In this document: positions 8,763 to 19,705 of the stretch, piece by piece
How the letters are laid out: the number at the start of each line of letters is the position of its first letter
Numbering within the stretch: the stretch's first letter is position 1
NCBI GenBank assembly: GCA_902604545.1
Contig: CACKZG010000001.1
Coordinates: forward strand, 96 to 64,095
DNA length: 64,000 nt
Direction of reading: 5' to 3'
DNA from: an uncultured Pelagibacteraceae bacterium
Lineage (GTDB): Bacteria; Pseudomonadota; Alphaproteobacteria; Pelagibacterales; Pelagibacteraceae
Translations under genes and position numbers: made by a program
Notes under the pieces: model-generated
What the model was told of the DNA's origin: nothing
Database searches by the model: none
The model's input: the letters and a program-made list of their open reading frames with translations, nothing else

Positions 8763-9536
8763 TTACTTAGCTCTTCTTCCCGCAGAACTAGTTGCAGCAG
8801 CCCAAATTACTAGACCGAATGCAATTTTGTTAATGAAGTCAGCTAAGTTGTAAACGACGTTAAGTGAGTTAGCGTCTACTCCACCAGTTAAGTAACCAAA
8901 TACATAACCTAATGGGTAAATTGCCCAACCTACTGTAACAATCATTCTCATTGCACCAAAAGCAGTTACAAGAGCCTTGTTACCACTTTTAGCTGCAGCT
9001 TTACCAGCTTCACCTGAGAACACTTCATAAAGAATGTATACCCAACCTGCCATTCCGATAATGAAACCTAGTGTAGCATTGATATATCCTGCTTCACCTA
9101 AGTAACCACCGATTAGCATTACTAATGAACCAATTAACAATCTCCAGAACATTCCAGAGTTTGCTTTGTTAATAGCTGCTAGAATTAAATAGAATTCTAC
9201 CATCTGTAATGGCACAGTGATTAACCAGTCAATGTATCTGTAAACAGTTGGCGAGTCTCCAGTAGCAACCCATACTTCTCTCATATACATGTAGTGTATG
9301 AATGCAATACCAGTTACTAGACCAGCAACAATAACTGATGTTCTCCAGCCTGATGCGACGTTGCCTGCTTCCATGAAAAAGAAAGCAGTAGCTGCTAACA
9401 TTCCCATAGAGATAACCCAGAATGATATTCCGACGAAGTCATCTTGCATCAACATCGTTGCGTCTGCTGCAATAGCTATACCTGAAAATCCAATCAGAGC
9501 CATAGCTGCTAAAGCAAACAATTTAAGTTTTTTCAT
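8763..9536 (-). CDS. Proteorhodopsin, blue-absorbing type
   Basis: YRYIDWLITVPLQMVEF gives the DTE motif with Gln at the spectral-tuning site; retinal Lys in DFINKIAFG; signal peptide; RBS GAGGGAG. Confidence 0.97.
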   Translation of the reverse strand: MKKLKLFALAAMALIGFSGIAIAADATMLMQDDFVGISFWVISMGMLAATAFFFMEAGNVASGWRTSVIVAGLVTGIAFIHYMYMREVWVATGDSPTVYRYIDWLITVPLQMVEFYLILAAINKANSGMFWRLLIGSLVMLIGGYLGEAGYINATLGFIIGMAGWVYILYEVFSGEAGKAAAKSGNKALVTAFGAMRMIVTVGWAIYPLGYVFGYLTGGVDANSLNVVYNLADFINKIAFGLVIWAAATSSAGRRAK

Positions 9537-9748
9537 AAAAAACTCCCTCTTCGTTAGTTTTTATTTTTTAGTTTATATAAACTAGACTTAGGTCTCCCTA
9601 AGCCAAGATTGTGGTTAAATAGCAAATTAAATTAGATTTATGAAGACTTAATTGTCACTAATAAGCATTGATTTTACTTAATTTTTAAAATTAAATACAA
9701 TTTATAAGTTAAAAACCAAAAAAATTAGGGAATTCGAATCAAATATCT

Positions 9749-11650
9749 ATGTATTCTACGTTTAATAAAATTTACGAAAGTTCTATTAAAAATCCTGAAA
9801 AATTTTGGCAAGAAGCCTCTGAAGATATCTTTTGGTTTAAAAAACCAACAAAAATTTTAAATAAATCTAACCCTCCATTCTACAAATGGTTCGAAGATGG
9901 TGTCACAAACACCTGTTATAACGCTTTAGACATCCATATTGATCAAGGAAGAGCTCAAAAGACAGCTTTAATATACGATAGTCCAATCACAGGTAACAAA
10001 AGTCAGTTCACTTATGAGGAATTAAGGTCAAAAGTCTCTAAGTTTGCAGGGGCATTGAAATCTCAAGGAGCTAATAAAGGTGATCGGGTGATTATTTACA
10101 TGCCAATGATCCCTGAAGCTGTAGTTGCTATGCTAGCTTGTGCTAGAATTGGTGCAATTCACTCTGTTGTATTTGGAGGATTTGCCTCAAATGAGCTTGC
10201 AAGTAGAATAGATGACAGTAGAGCAAAATTATTAGTGACTGCCTCATGTGGTTTTGAGCCAGGAAGAACCGTTGAGTATAAGCCACTTGTTGATGAAGCT
10301 ATAAAAATAGCAAATCATAAAATTAAAAAAATGATTTTGTTTCAAAGACCTGGTCATGAGGTTAAATTAAATGCTCCAAATGAGGTCAGCTGGGAAGAAG
10401 TGGTCTCTAATGCTAAGGATGAAGACTGTGTTGAGATGAACTCAAATGAATTTGCTTATATTTTATATACATCAGGCACAACAGGAACCCCGAAAGGTAT
10501 AGTGAGAGACATAGGTGGTCATATTGTTGCTCTCAAATGGACTATGAAAAATATCTACAACATTGATACAGATGATATTTGGTGGTCAGCAAGTGACATT
10601 GGTTGGATTGTTGGGCATTCTTATATTGTTTATGCTCCTTTATTTAAAGGATGCACTACAGTTTTATTTGAGGGTAAGCCAGTTGGAACTCCAGATGCTG
10701 GGGCTTTCTGGAAAATTATTTCAGATTATAAAGTAAAATCACTTTTTACAGCTCCAACAGCTTTCAGAGCTATTAAGAAAGAAGATCCTGAAGGTAAGTT
10801 TTTCTCTAAATACGATTTAAGCAGTTTTGAGAGTTTATTTCTTGCGGGGGAAAGAGCTGATCCAGACACAATTAAATGGGCTGAGAGTTTGCTTAAAGTT
10901 CCAGTAATTGATCATTGGTGGCAAACAGAGACTAGCTGGGCAATTAGCTCAAATTGCACTGGTATCGAAATGATGGAAACTAAATATGGTTCAGCCTGTA
11001 AAGCTGTACCTGGATATGATGTCAAAATCATTAAGCCAGATCAATCTTTAGCTAAACCAAATGAAATGGGGGATATTGTTGTAAAACTTCCATTGCCTCC
11101 AGGAACGTTCCCAACATTATGGAATGCAGATCAAAGATATAAAGAAAATTATATGTCTAATTATGAGGGATATTATCAAACATATGATGCGGGCCATATC
11201 GATGATGATGGTTATATTTGGATTATGTCTAGGACTGATGACATTATAAATGTAGCAGGTCATAGATTATCTACAGGTGCCATCGAAGAAGTTTTATCAG
11301 AACATCAATCGGTTGCTGAATGTGCAGTACTTGGAATTGTAGATAAATTAAAAGGTCAATTACCTATTGGTCTGATAGTTTTAAAATCTGGTGTTGATAA
11401 AGATAATGAAACCATATCTAAAGAATGTGTACAAATGGTAAGAGATAAAATTGGACCAGTTGCTGCATTTAAAGTAGTGATTGTTATTAAAAGATTACCA
11501 AAAACAAGATCGGGTAAAATTTTAAGAGGAACAATTAGAAAAATTGCAGATAATGTGGAATATAAAATACCTCCTACAATTGATGATCCAGCAATATTAC
11601 AAGAAATAAAGGAAGATTTAATACAAAACAAAATATTAAATAATGATTAA
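9749..11650 (+). CDS. prpE: Propionate/acyl-CoA ligase (PrpE/Acs family)
   Basis: YTSGTTGTPKG, DHWWQTET, PKTRSGKILR. Confidence 0.85.
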   Translation: MYSTFNKIYESSIKNPEKFWQEASEDIFWFKKPTKILNKSNPPFYKWFEDGVTNTCYNALDIHIDQGRAQKTALIYDSPITGNKSQFTYEELRSKVSKFAGALKSQGANKGDRVIIYMPMIPEAVVAMLACARIGAIHSVVFGGFASNELASRIDDSRAKLLVTASCGFEPGRTVEYKPLVDEAIKIANHKIKKMILFQRPGHEVKLNAPNEVSWEEVVSNAKDEDCVEMNSNEFAYILYTSGTTGTPKGIVRDIGGHIVALKWTMKNIYNIDTDDIWWSASDIGWIVGHSYIVYAPLFKGCTTVLFEGKPVGTPDAGAFWKIISDYKVKSLFTAPTAFRAIKKEDPEGKFFSKYDLSSFESLFLAGERADPDTIKWAESLLKVPVIDHWWQTETSWAISSNCTGIEMMETKYGSACKAVPGYDVKIIKPDQSLAKPNEMGDIVVKLPLPPGTFPTLWNADQRYKENYMSNYEGYYQTYDAGHIDDDGYIWIMSRTDDIINVAGHRLSTGAIEEVLSEHQSVAECAVLGIVDKLKGQLPIGLIVLKSGVDKDNETISKECVQMVRDKIGPVAAFKVVIVIKRLPKTRSGKILRGTIRKIADNVEYKIPPTIDDPAILQEIKEDLIQNKILNND

Positions 11651-11975
11651 AACATATTTATTTCTTGCAGGTGCAGTATTTTTTGAAGTTGCTGGTACAA
11701 TGTTGTTACCTGTAACTCAAAATTTTACAAAACTTATCCCAACAGCTGCTCTTGCATTCTTTTATCTTTGTGCTTTCTATCTTTTAACTTTTGTAGCAGA
11801 TAAAATTCCTATCGCTATTATGTATGCAACATGGAGCGGTCTTGGAATTTTTACTATAGCAATTCTTGGATACATATTCTTTAAACAAACTTTAGCTTGG
11901 CAAGCAATAATGGGACTATTCTTAATAGTGATAGGTATAATTTTAGTGAATAGTTTTACAGGAAAGCTTAGCTAA
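11643..11975 (+). CDS. SMR/DMT small multidrug-type transporter
   Basis: 110 aa, 4 TM, conserved Glu (FFEVAGT), YATWSGLG. Confidence 0.88.
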   Translation: MIKTYLFLAGAVFFEVAGTMLLPVTQNFTKLIPTAALAFFYLCAFYLLTFVADKIPIAIMYATWSGLGIFTIAILGYIFFKQTLAWQAIMGLFLIVIGIILVNSFTGKLS

Positions 11976-13275
11976 ACTGTAAAGGTGTACCATCAGGATC
12001 ACCAAAAATTTTTCCATCCTGCATTTTAATTTTCCCTGCAACAATTGTATGAGTAGGTGTTCCTTTAAATTTGAAACCATTAAATGGTGACCATTTACAT
12101 TTACTTTCTATATTTTCATTTTTAATTTCGATTGTTTTGTTCATGTCGACAATTGTAAAGTCTGCATCATAGCCCTCTTTAATAAATCCTTTGTTTTTAA
12201 TTCCAAATATCTTAACTGGATTTTCACAAACAAAATTCATCAATTGGTTTAGAGATAATTTTCCATCATTAATATGATTTAACATTACAGGCATTAAAGT
12301 TTGAACTCCTGGCATTCCTGAAGGCGTGTTAGGATATACCTTATTTTTATTTTCTTTTAAATGCGGAGCGTGATCGGATCCAATGGTATCATTAAAATTA
12401 TTTCTCACTCCATACCATAATCTGTCATAATGAGATTTATCTCTTATTGGAGGGTTCATCTGAGCATAAGTTCCAAGCTTGTCATAACAATCTGGAGCAT
12501 AAAGAGTTAAATGCTGTGGAGTTATTTCAAATGTAATATTTCCTTTGTGCTGAGATAAAAAGTCTATTTCCTCTTTCGTAGTAATATGAAGCACATGAGC
12601 TTTTTTATTGTGCTTTTCTGCAATTCTAACAATCCTTCTTGTAGATGCTATTGCACATTCTACGCTTCTCCATACAGGATGTGAATGAACATCACCCTCT
12701 TTTATTAATTTCTTATTTACATTTAAAATTGCTTCGTCTTCAGAATGAACAGCCACTACTTTTGAGGCATTTTGAAAAACTTTATCTATATCATCCTCTT
12801 CAGCAACTAATAAATTTCCAGTTGAAGATCCTGCAAAAAGTTTAATACCACAACATCCTTCTAACCCTTCTAAACTTGCTAAATCATCTGCATTGTCTGC
12901 TGTTGCTCCAAAATAAAAAGCATAATTACAATACATTCTGTTTTTTGCGAGATCTAATTTTCTTTGAAATTCCTTCATGTTAGAAGTTGGTGGATTAGTG
13001 TTCGGCATTTCAAATACACTTGTAATACCACCTGCTATTGCTGCTCTACTCCCTGAATGAAGATCCTCAGTATCTGTTGATCCTGGTTCTCTAAAATGTG
13101 TTTGGGTATCTATGCAACCAGGTAATACTGTATGGCCTTCTGCATTAATTGTCTCTTTTGCCTCTTTTGAAATTTGTCCAATCTGTTGAATTTTTCCATC
13201 TTTTATAGCAACATCTACATCTTTTAACTCACCATCGATGTAGCATTGTCCGTTTTTAATTATAAGATCTAACAT
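11968..13275 (-). CDS. pyrC: Dihydroorotase
   Basis: IDTQTHFREPG, EMPNTNP, GSDHAPH. Confidence 0.88.
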   Translation of the reverse strand: MLDLIIKNGQCYIDGELKDVDVAIKDGKIQQIGQISKEAKETINAEGHTVLPGCIDTQTHFREPGSTDTEDLHSGSRAAIAGGITSVFEMPNTNPPTSNMKEFQRKLDLAKNRMYCNYAFYFGATADNADDLASLEGLEGCCGIKLFAGSSTGNLLVAEEDDIDKVFQNASKVVAVHSEDEAILNVNKKLIKEGDVHSHPVWRSVECAIASTRRIVRIAEKHNKKAHVLHITTKEEIDFLSQHKGNITFEITPQHLTLYAPDCYDKLGTYAQMNPPIRDKSHYDRLWYGVRNNFNDTIGSDHAPHLKENKNKVYPNTPSGMPGVQTLMPVMLNHINDGKLSLNQLMNFVCENPVKIFGIKNKGFIKEGYDADFTIVDMNKTIEIKNENIESKCKWSPFNGFKFKGTPTHTIVAGKIKMQDGKIFGDPDGTPLQFS

Positions 13276-13318
13276 TTTGAGAAATTGTTATTATATTACA
13301 ATCTATAATTAATCAATT

Positions 13319-14209
13319 ATGAATATAAAAAACGTTTATATTTTAAATGACAGAGCAATTCTTTACATTAATGGTGAAGATGCTAAAGAATTTCTTCAAA
13401 ATCTCATTAGTAACGACATAAACAAAGTAAGCGATGTAAATAGTTGTTTTAGTTCATTACTTACACCCCAAGGTAAATTTTTATATGAATTTATAATTGT
13501 AAAACATAAGTCTGGATATCTTTTGGATTGTGAAAAACCTCAGGCAGAGGAGTTGTTCAAACAATTATCCCTATATAAGCTAAGATCAAAAGTTGAAATT
13601 CTTAATTTAAGTAATGAATTTGTTGTAGCGGCATTTTCTAAAGAAAAATTTTTAACTTTTGATGAAGTAAAAGATCAACCTGGATGCACAATTAAATATA
13701 GAGAAGATCCAATATTTTTAGATCCAAGAAATAAAAAGTTGGGTGCTAGATTGATTATAAATTTGGAGAAACTTTATTTATCCTTGAAAAAACTAGATCT
13801 TCACGATGCAAATCTGAAAGAATATTATTCATTAAGTCATAGTCTTGGAATTGTTCCAAAAGATTTAAATAAATTGAAAGACAAATTGTTTGGTATTGAG
13901 TGTAATTTTGAAGAATTAAATGGAATCGATTTCAAAAAGGGCTGTTATGTTGGCCAAGAGAATACAGCACGAATTAAATTAAAGAACAAGCTTTCAAAAA
14001 GATTGTTTCCAATAAATTTAATTAATGGAAAATTACACGAAGGTGAAAGTATATTTAATAATGAAATTGAAATAGGTAAGGTTTTAATTGATAGCGACTA
14101 CCCCTTTGCTTTAATTAAATATTTAAACGAAAACTTTGATGAAAAAGCAAATTTTATAACTAAAGAAGCTTCAATAAATATCAATAAACCTGATTGGATA
14201 AAAAAATGA
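13319..14209 (+). CDS. ygfZ: Folate-binding Fe-S repair protein YgfZ
   Basis: KGCYVGQE signature; LLTPQGK. Confidence 0.93.
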   Translation: MNIKNVYILNDRAILYINGEDAKEFLQNLISNDINKVSDVNSCFSSLLTPQGKFLYEFIIVKHKSGYLLDCEKPQAEELFKQLSLYKLRSKVEILNLSNEFVVAAFSKEKFLTFDEVKDQPGCTIKYREDPIFLDPRNKKLGARLIINLEKLYLSLKKLDLHDANLKEYYSLSHSLGIVPKDLNKLKDKLFGIECNFEELNGIDFKKGCYVGQENTARIKLKNKLSKRLFPINLINGKLHEGESIFNNEIEIGKVLIDSDYPFALIKYLNENFDEKANFITKEASININKPDWIKK

Positions 14210-14214
14210 TTTTC

Positions 14215-14376
14215 CTATTTAAATAAATAAACAATTATTAAAACTATAAATACTACAACAATCCAAATACTTAGATTTTTAAGAAATTGCTTTAATTGAG
14301 AATTTGATTGTAAAAAACTTGGAAGAACTAATAACAATACCCCAATCATAAATATTACTGAAAGTAATTTATCCAT
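14215..14376 (-). CDS. 53-aa two-TM small protein (not in ORF track)
   Basis: RBS AGGAG; MDKLLSVIFMIGVLLLVLPSFLQSNSQLKQFLKNLSIWIVVVFIVLIIVYLFK; fills the ygfZ-tRNA gap. Confidence 0.75.
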   Translation of the reverse strand: MDKLLSVIFMIGVLLLVLPSFLQSNSQLKQFLKNLSIWIVVVFIVLIIVYLFK

Positions 14377-14400
14377 CACAAACTCCTATAAAATTCACTT

Positions 14401-14486
14401 TGGTGCGGTCGGAGAGACTCGAACTCTCATGGACTAGGTCCACACGGCCCTCAACCGTGCCTGTCTACCAATTTCAGCACGACCGC
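14401..14486 (-). tRNA. tRNA-Leu(GAG)
   Basis: GCGGTCG acceptor stem, anticodon loop TTGAGGG, long variable arm, GTTCGAGTC, encoded CCA. Confidence 0.97.
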
Positions 14487-14541
14487 GATATGTCTCATAA
14501 TAAATGAATGACAATTATGTTTCAAATTGGTAAAAATCCTC

Positions 14542-15531
14542 ATGGAATTTACACAAGAAGTACGTAAAGCAACAGATCCTATTTATCAAAAAATTTCTAA
14601 GGTTATGCCTGAAATTGAATGGTCAGTGCATGCTCCTTATATTCATAAAATTAATAAATTAAAAAAAGATAAGAATGCTGTAATTCTTGCTCACAACTAT
14701 CAAACACCAGAAATTTATCATGGTGTAGCAGATTTTTCTGCAGACTCTTTAGCATTAGCAATTGAAGCCTCAAAAACTTCAGCTGATATTATTTTAATGG
14801 CTGGAGTACATTTCATGGCAGAAACGGCAAAATTAATGAGCCCTAATAAAAAAGTAATTCTTCCTGATATGGATGCTGGCTGTTCTTTATCATCATCTAT
14901 TACAGGTAAAGATGTTAGGCTATTAAAAGAAAAATACCCAGGCGTTCCTGTTGTATCTTATGTTAATACATCTGCAGAAGTTAAAGCGGAAACAGATGTT
15001 TGCTGTACATCTGCAAACGCAGTTAAAATAGTTAAATCACTTGGAGTAAAAAGAGTAATATTTTTACCTGATGATTACTTGGCCAAATATGTTGCTTCTC
15101 AAACTGATGTTGAAATTATTTCTTGGAAAGGAATTTGTATTGTCCATGATCAATTTAATAAAAAAGAAATAGAGGATATAAGAAAAAATAACCCGGGAAT
15201 TAAAATTATTGCACACCCAGAATGTCCTCCTGATGTAATTGAAGCAAGTGATTTTGCAGGATCAACATCTGGAATGATAAAATATGTAAAAGATAATCAA
15301 CCAAAAAAAGTAATGATGGTTACTGAGTGCTCAATGAGTGACAATATCCAGATAGAAAATCCAAATGTAGACTTTGTTAAACCATGTAATATGTGCCCTC
15401 ACATGAAAAAAATTACACTTCCAAAGATATTAGATTGTTTAGAGAACGAAACTGGTGAAATTATTATGGACAAAGAAACAATTGAGAAAGCCAGAATATC
15501 AGTAGAGAGAATGGCAGCAATTGGCAGATAA
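14542..15531 (+). CDS. nadA: Quinolinate synthase
   Basis: LAHNYQ, GVHFMAET, AGCSL, YVNTSA, HPEC; start placed at ATG 14542. Confidence 0.96.
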   Translation: MEFTQEVRKATDPIYQKISKVMPEIEWSVHAPYIHKINKLKKDKNAVILAHNYQTPEIYHGVADFSADSLALAIEASKTSADIILMAGVHFMAETAKLMSPNKKVILPDMDAGCSLSSSITGKDVRLLKEKYPGVPVVSYVNTSAEVKAETDVCCTSANAVKIVKSLGVKRVIFLPDDYLAKYVASQTDVEIISWKGICIVHDQFNKKEIEDIRKNNPGIKIIAHPECPPDVIEASDFAGSTSGMIKYVKDNQPKKVMMVTECSMSDNIQIENPNVDFVKPCNMCPHMKKITLPKILDCLENETGEIIMDKETIEKARISVERMAAIGR

Positions 15532-15535
15532 TTAA

Positions 15536-16369
15536 GTGTCAAAAATAAAACTAAGCAAAGAATTTATCAAAAGTACTGTTAAGCTAGCATTAAATGAAGA
15601 TCTTTATCCTTCAGGAGATATCACTTCAAGTTTAATTAAAGATGATAAAATTGTAACGGTTAAATTAATTGCAAATCAAAGTGCAATTGTTGCAGGATTG
15701 TTATTTGCTAAACAAACTTTTGCATTAATTGATTATAAAATAAAATTCATTATTAAGAAAAAAGATGGTTCTAAAGTTAATAAAGGAAATTTAATAGCTT
15801 TAATTAAAGGTAATGCAAAAAATATTCTAATCGCTGAAAGAGTTGCTTTAAATTTTTTATCTCACATTTCTGGAATAGCAACTAAAACAAATGAGTTTGT
15901 TAAATTAGCTGGAAAAAAAACTAAAATTTGTTGTACAAGAAAAACAATTCCTAATCTAAGAGTTATACAAAAATATGCTGTTAAATTAGGAGGTGGTACA
16001 AATCATAGATTTAATTTAAGTGATGAATATTTAATTAAAGATAACCATATTGCTAGTTCAGATTTAAAAACTTTAGTCTTAAAGGCAATAAAAAACAAAA
16101 AAGGAAAAAAAATTACGGTTGAGGTTGATACAATAAAACAACTTAAATCAATATTAGGTCTAAAATTTAATACTGTTCTGCTCGACAATATGAGTGTTAA
16201 AAATCTAAAACATGGTGTTAAAATTGCTAAAAAGTTATATGAAACTGAAGCTTCAGGGAATGTTACATTAAAAACTGTTAAAGCCATTGCGTCTACTGGA
16301 ATTAACAGAATTTCTATTGGCAGTATTACACACAGCGCTCCTGCAGTTGACTTTAAGTTAGAAATTTAA
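15536..16369 (+). CDS. nadC: Quinolinate phosphoribosyltransferase
   Basis: GDITS, TRKT, HRFNLSD, IKDNH, LLDNM, EASG. Confidence 0.96.
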   Translation: MSKIKLSKEFIKSTVKLALNEDLYPSGDITSSLIKDDKIVTVKLIANQSAIVAGLLFAKQTFALIDYKIKFIIKKKDGSKVNKGNLIALIKGNAKNILIAERVALNFLSHISGIATKTNEFVKLAGKKTKICCTRKTIPNLRVIQKYAVKLGGGTNHRFNLSDEYLIKDNHIASSDLKTLVLKAIKNKKGKKITVEVDTIKQLKSILGLKFNTVLLDNMSVKNLKHGVKIAKKLYETEASGNVTLKTVKAIASTGINRISIGSITHSAPAVDFKLEI

Positions 16370-16737
16370 TTCACAAACTTTGATAGATCTGGCTTAAAAT
16401 AGTTAGGGCCTTTCATGACTTTTCCAGAGTCATTGTAAATAGGTTTGCCATTTTCGTCTAACTTGCTCATATTTGAATTTTGGACTTCATCAAAACATTT
16501 ATCCAAATCAATTCCAAAGGCGTGCCCTGCTCCATAAGTTACATATAATATGTCTGTTAGCGCATCAGCCACTTCCAATAAGTCCTTATTATTCATAGCT
16601 TCTGTAAGCTCTTCTAGTTCCTCTTTGATTAAGTCTAACCTTAATTTATTTATTTTATCAGTACTAAATGATGGTTTTGTTTTAACTTCCTGACCAAAAG
16701 TTTTCATAAATGTACCTACTTTGCAAAAATTCGACAT
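16366..16737 (-). CDS. MazG-like / PRA-PH nucleoside triphosphate pyrophosphohydrolase
   Basis: LIKEELEEL, EVADALTDILYV, SNMSK, GKVMKGPNY. Confidence 0.85.
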   Translation of the reverse strand: MSNFCKVGTFMKTFGQEVKTKPSFSTDKINKLRLDLIKEELEELTEAMNNKDLLEVADALTDILYVTYGAGHAFGIDLDKCFDEVQNSNMSKLDENGKPIYNDSGKVMKGPNYFKPDLSKFVN

Positions 16738-16804
16738 AATGCTCCTGTATGTTTTTAAAAATTTATTGTATGTTAATAATTATTTGTTACTTAAAAATTA
16801 ATCA

Positions 16805-18193
16805 ATGAAATTAAGAAAAGAATTCGACAGTATTGGAAGCATAAATGTTCCAAATGATAAATATTGGGGAGCATCTACTCAAAGATCCAACAAATTTTTT
16901 AATATTGGAAAAATTTTAGTAAATATTTCAATCATTAAATCAATTGCAATTATCAAAAGATCAGCCGCAATAGTACATGCAAATGACAAATTAATTGATG
17001 GTAGAATTTCTAAAGCAATAATCAAAGCATCAGATGAGGTAATTAAAGGTAAATTAGATGAAAATTTTCCATTAAAAGTTTGGCAAACAGGTTCGGGAAC
17101 ACAGACAAATATGAATGTAAATGAGGTTATTGCTAATAGAGCTATAGAAATGTTAGGTGGAAAAAAAGGAACCAAAAAGCCTGTTCATCCAAATGATCAC
17201 GTAAACAAGTCTCAATCTACAAATGATGTTTTTCCAACTGCAATGCACATCTCTATTGCAAAAGAGACTATTTCTAAAATGCTGCCGAGCCTAAAAATTT
17301 TAGAAAAGGAACTAAAAAGAAAATCTAATGAATTTAAAAATATAGTTAAAATTGGAAGAACTCATTTACAGGATGCTACTCCATTATCTCTCGGACAGGA
17401 GTTTTCTGGATACCATTTCCAAGTAAAAAAAAGTATTGAAAGAATTGAATATGCTTTAAAGGAAATTTTATTTCTCGCTCAAGGAGGTACTGCAGTTGGT
17501 ACTGGAATAAATTCAAAGAAAAATTTTGACAAAAAAATTGTAAAAGAAATTTCTAAATTTACTAAGATCAAATTTAAACCAGCTCCAAATAAATTTGCAG
17601 AACTTGCTGCTCATGATGCAATTGTTAATTTTTCTGGTGCTCTTAATACCTGTGCTGTAGCTTTAATGAAAATATCTAATGATATTCGTTTCCTAGGTTC
17701 AGGCCCAAGGGCTGGTTATGGAGAGTTAATTCTTCCTGAAAACGAACCAGGGTCCTCAATAATGCCAGGGAAAGTAAACCCAACACAATGTGAAGCTGTA
17801 ACAATGGTTTGTGTAAAAGTAATTGGAAATCATAATGGAATAACAATGGCAGGATCTCACGGCCATTTCGAGCTAAATGTATTTAAACCTTTAATTGCTC
17901 ATAACATCTTACAATCAATCGATTTAATTGCCGACAGCACAAAAAATTTTGCTCTTTATTGCGTTAAAGGAATTAAGGCTAATAAAAAGAAAATTCAAGA
18001 ACATTTAGATAATTCTTTGATGTTGGTAACTGCACTAGCTCCTCATATTGGATATGATAATGCTGCTAAAATTGCAAAGACTGCATTAAAAAATAATACT
18101 ACTCTAAAGCATGAAACTTTAAAAACAGGATTAATAAACGAGAAAAATTATAACAAAATAGTTGATCCTAAAAAAATGATCTACCCAAAATAA
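16805..18193 (+). CDS. fumC: Class II fumarate hydratase
   Basis: [15 protein letters not shown] signature; [11 protein letters not shown]. Confidence 0.97.
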   Translation: MKLRKEFDSIGSINVPNDKYWGASTQRSNKFFNIGKILVNISIIKSIAIIKRSAAIVHANDKLIDGRISKAIIKASDEVIKGKLDENFPLKVWQTGSGTQTNMNVNEVIANRAIEMLGGKKGTKKPVHPNDHVNKSQSTNDVFPTAMHISIAKETISKMLPSLKILEKELKRKSNEFKNIVKIGRTHLQDATPLSLGQEFSGYHFQVKKSIERIEYALKEILFLAQGGTAVGTGINSKKNFDKKIVKEISKFTKIKFKPAPNKFAELAAHDAIVNFSGALNTCAVALMKISNDIRFLGSGPRAGYGELILPENEPGSSIMPGKVNPTQCEAVTMVCVKVIGNHNGITMAGSHGHFELNVFKPLIAHNILQSIDLIADSTKNFALYCVKGIKANKKKIQEHLDNSLMLVTALAPHIGYDNAAKIAKTALKNNTTLKHETLKTGLINEKNYNKIVDPKKMIYPK

Positions 18194-19671
18194 TTCTTAA
18201 TTGCTTGATTCAATAACTTCTTAAAATAGATTTTATTTTGAAGATCATCTTTTTTCAAAATTATATTATTTAAAGTTTTATTAACTTTTTGATTAATCTT
18301 ATTATCAATTACAATATCTTTTAATTCAGCTATATTTTGATCGAAATTGTATTTAAAATTTAAATCAATTTGATTAATCTCGTTCCTATAGTTTTTTGGT
18401 GTAAGAAGAAATTTATATATATCCTTATAATTTTTTATTTTAATCTTTAATTTTCCATCCAAGACTAATTCTCCATCTTCAACAAAAATTAAACTTTGTA
18501 ATAACTCAAATTCTGCTAAATTTTTCCATTCAAATGTAGTTTTATCTGTGTCAATTAAACCATCTTGAATTTTCGACTTTAAATGAATATTTCTAAAATC
18601 AAATTTTTTGTAAATTTTATTTGCATTAATATTTAATAAAAAATCTATATTTTTATTATTCAATATTTCAGTTTTTAAAAATTGTGGAATTATTGCATTA
18701 GATCCAAATAGAGAATTTAAATTTAACTCCTCAAGATCTCCATTTAAAATGGCATAAAAAGGATTAAAATTCAATTCTCCTTTGTATGTCAAACTTGGTT
18801 CTTCTATTTTATCAAATACATGAAATTTGAATGAGTTTTTTTCTATTTGATAATTTGCATTTCTTTTAAATTTATTAAAAATAAATTCAGTGTTTCCTAT
18901 TTTTTTTTCTTTATCTAAACTTAATTCATTGTCTATCTTGAGTTTAATTAAATTTAAGTTTATCTTAGAAAAAATTTTACTTTTATCCGCATTAAAATAA
19001 GTTTCTATTGAAAAAGGAATATTAAAAATTTCATTTTCTGAAAATAGAACATTTTTAAGTTCTTTTTTTTCATAATAATATTTTGTTTTAATAATTTTAT
19101 TTATAAAAAGTATCTCGTCATTAGAATTTCTAAAAAAAATATTACTATTTTTAATAATTAAATTTGATTCTTCAAAATTTTTATTTAGAAGATTAATAAA
19201 AAAATTGTAATTTTTTTTACTAAGATCAAAATTTGCATTTTCAATGATTAAATCTCTTATTTCGATATCACTTAACGAAAAAAAATTACTTAATGATACA
19301 AAAATTTTTAAATTATTAACTTTCGAAATTTCACTTTTATCATCAAATATATTTGAATCTACAATTGTAAAATGAGGTCTTGGAAAAATATTGTATTTTA
19401 AGTTTGAATTTAATTTAAAATTTAAATTAAATTTATTTTGTAGCTCATTTTTTAACTCTTTAGAAATATCAGTTTGTTTGTAAATAGTGGGTATCAATAA
19501 ATAAGATACAAATAATACTAAAACTGCGACAAATATTAAAATTAATTTATTATTTTTAAATAAATAACTTAAATTTTTAAAATTTAACTTGTTTAAATTC
19601 TTTTCTAAAAGACTATTAATTGAATTATTGATGTTTTTGAAATATTTTAAAAAAGATTTTGTTTTGCTCAT
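18181..19671 (-). CDS. Membrane-anchored hypothetical protein, AsmA-like
   Basis: One N-terminal TM followed by 'YNIFPRPHF' and beta-rich content resembling the AsmA N-terminus; start uncertain. Confidence 0.5.
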   Translation of the reverse strand: MSKTKSFLKYFKNINNSINSLLEKNLNKLNFKNLSYLFKNNKLILIFVAVLVLFVSYLLIPTIYKQTDISKELKNELQNKFNLNFKLNSNLKYNIFPRPHFTIVDSNIFDDKSEISKVNNLKIFVSLSNFFSLSDIEIRDLIIENANFDLSKKNYNFFINLLNKNFEESNLIIKNSNIFFRNSNDEILFINKIIKTKYYYEKKELKNVLFSENEIFNIPFSIETYFNADKSKIFSKINLNLIKLKIDNELSLDKEKKIGNTEFIFNKFKRNANYQIEKNSFKFHVFDKIEEPSLTYKGELNFNPFYAILNGDLEELNLNSLFGSNAIIPQFLKTEILNNKNIDFLLNINANKIYKKFDFRNIHLKSKIQDGLIDTDKTTFEWKNLAEFELLQSLIFVEDGELVLDGKLKIKIKNYKDIYKFLLTPKNYRNEINQIDLNFKYNFDQNIAELKDIVIDNKINQKVNKTLNNIILKKDDLQNKIYFKKLLNQAIKNYFG

Positions 19672-19705
19672 AACAACCAAGAAAGCTTATAAAGTATTAT
19701 TTTAA

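Noticed and set aside
7660-9536. Desaturase-family gene as a carotenoid hydroxylase/ketolase making an antenna for the proteorhodopsin
   Set aside because: By manual alignment the helix-E fenestration position is Phe (GFIIG), not Gly; a strong terminator separates the genes; no crt genes nearby
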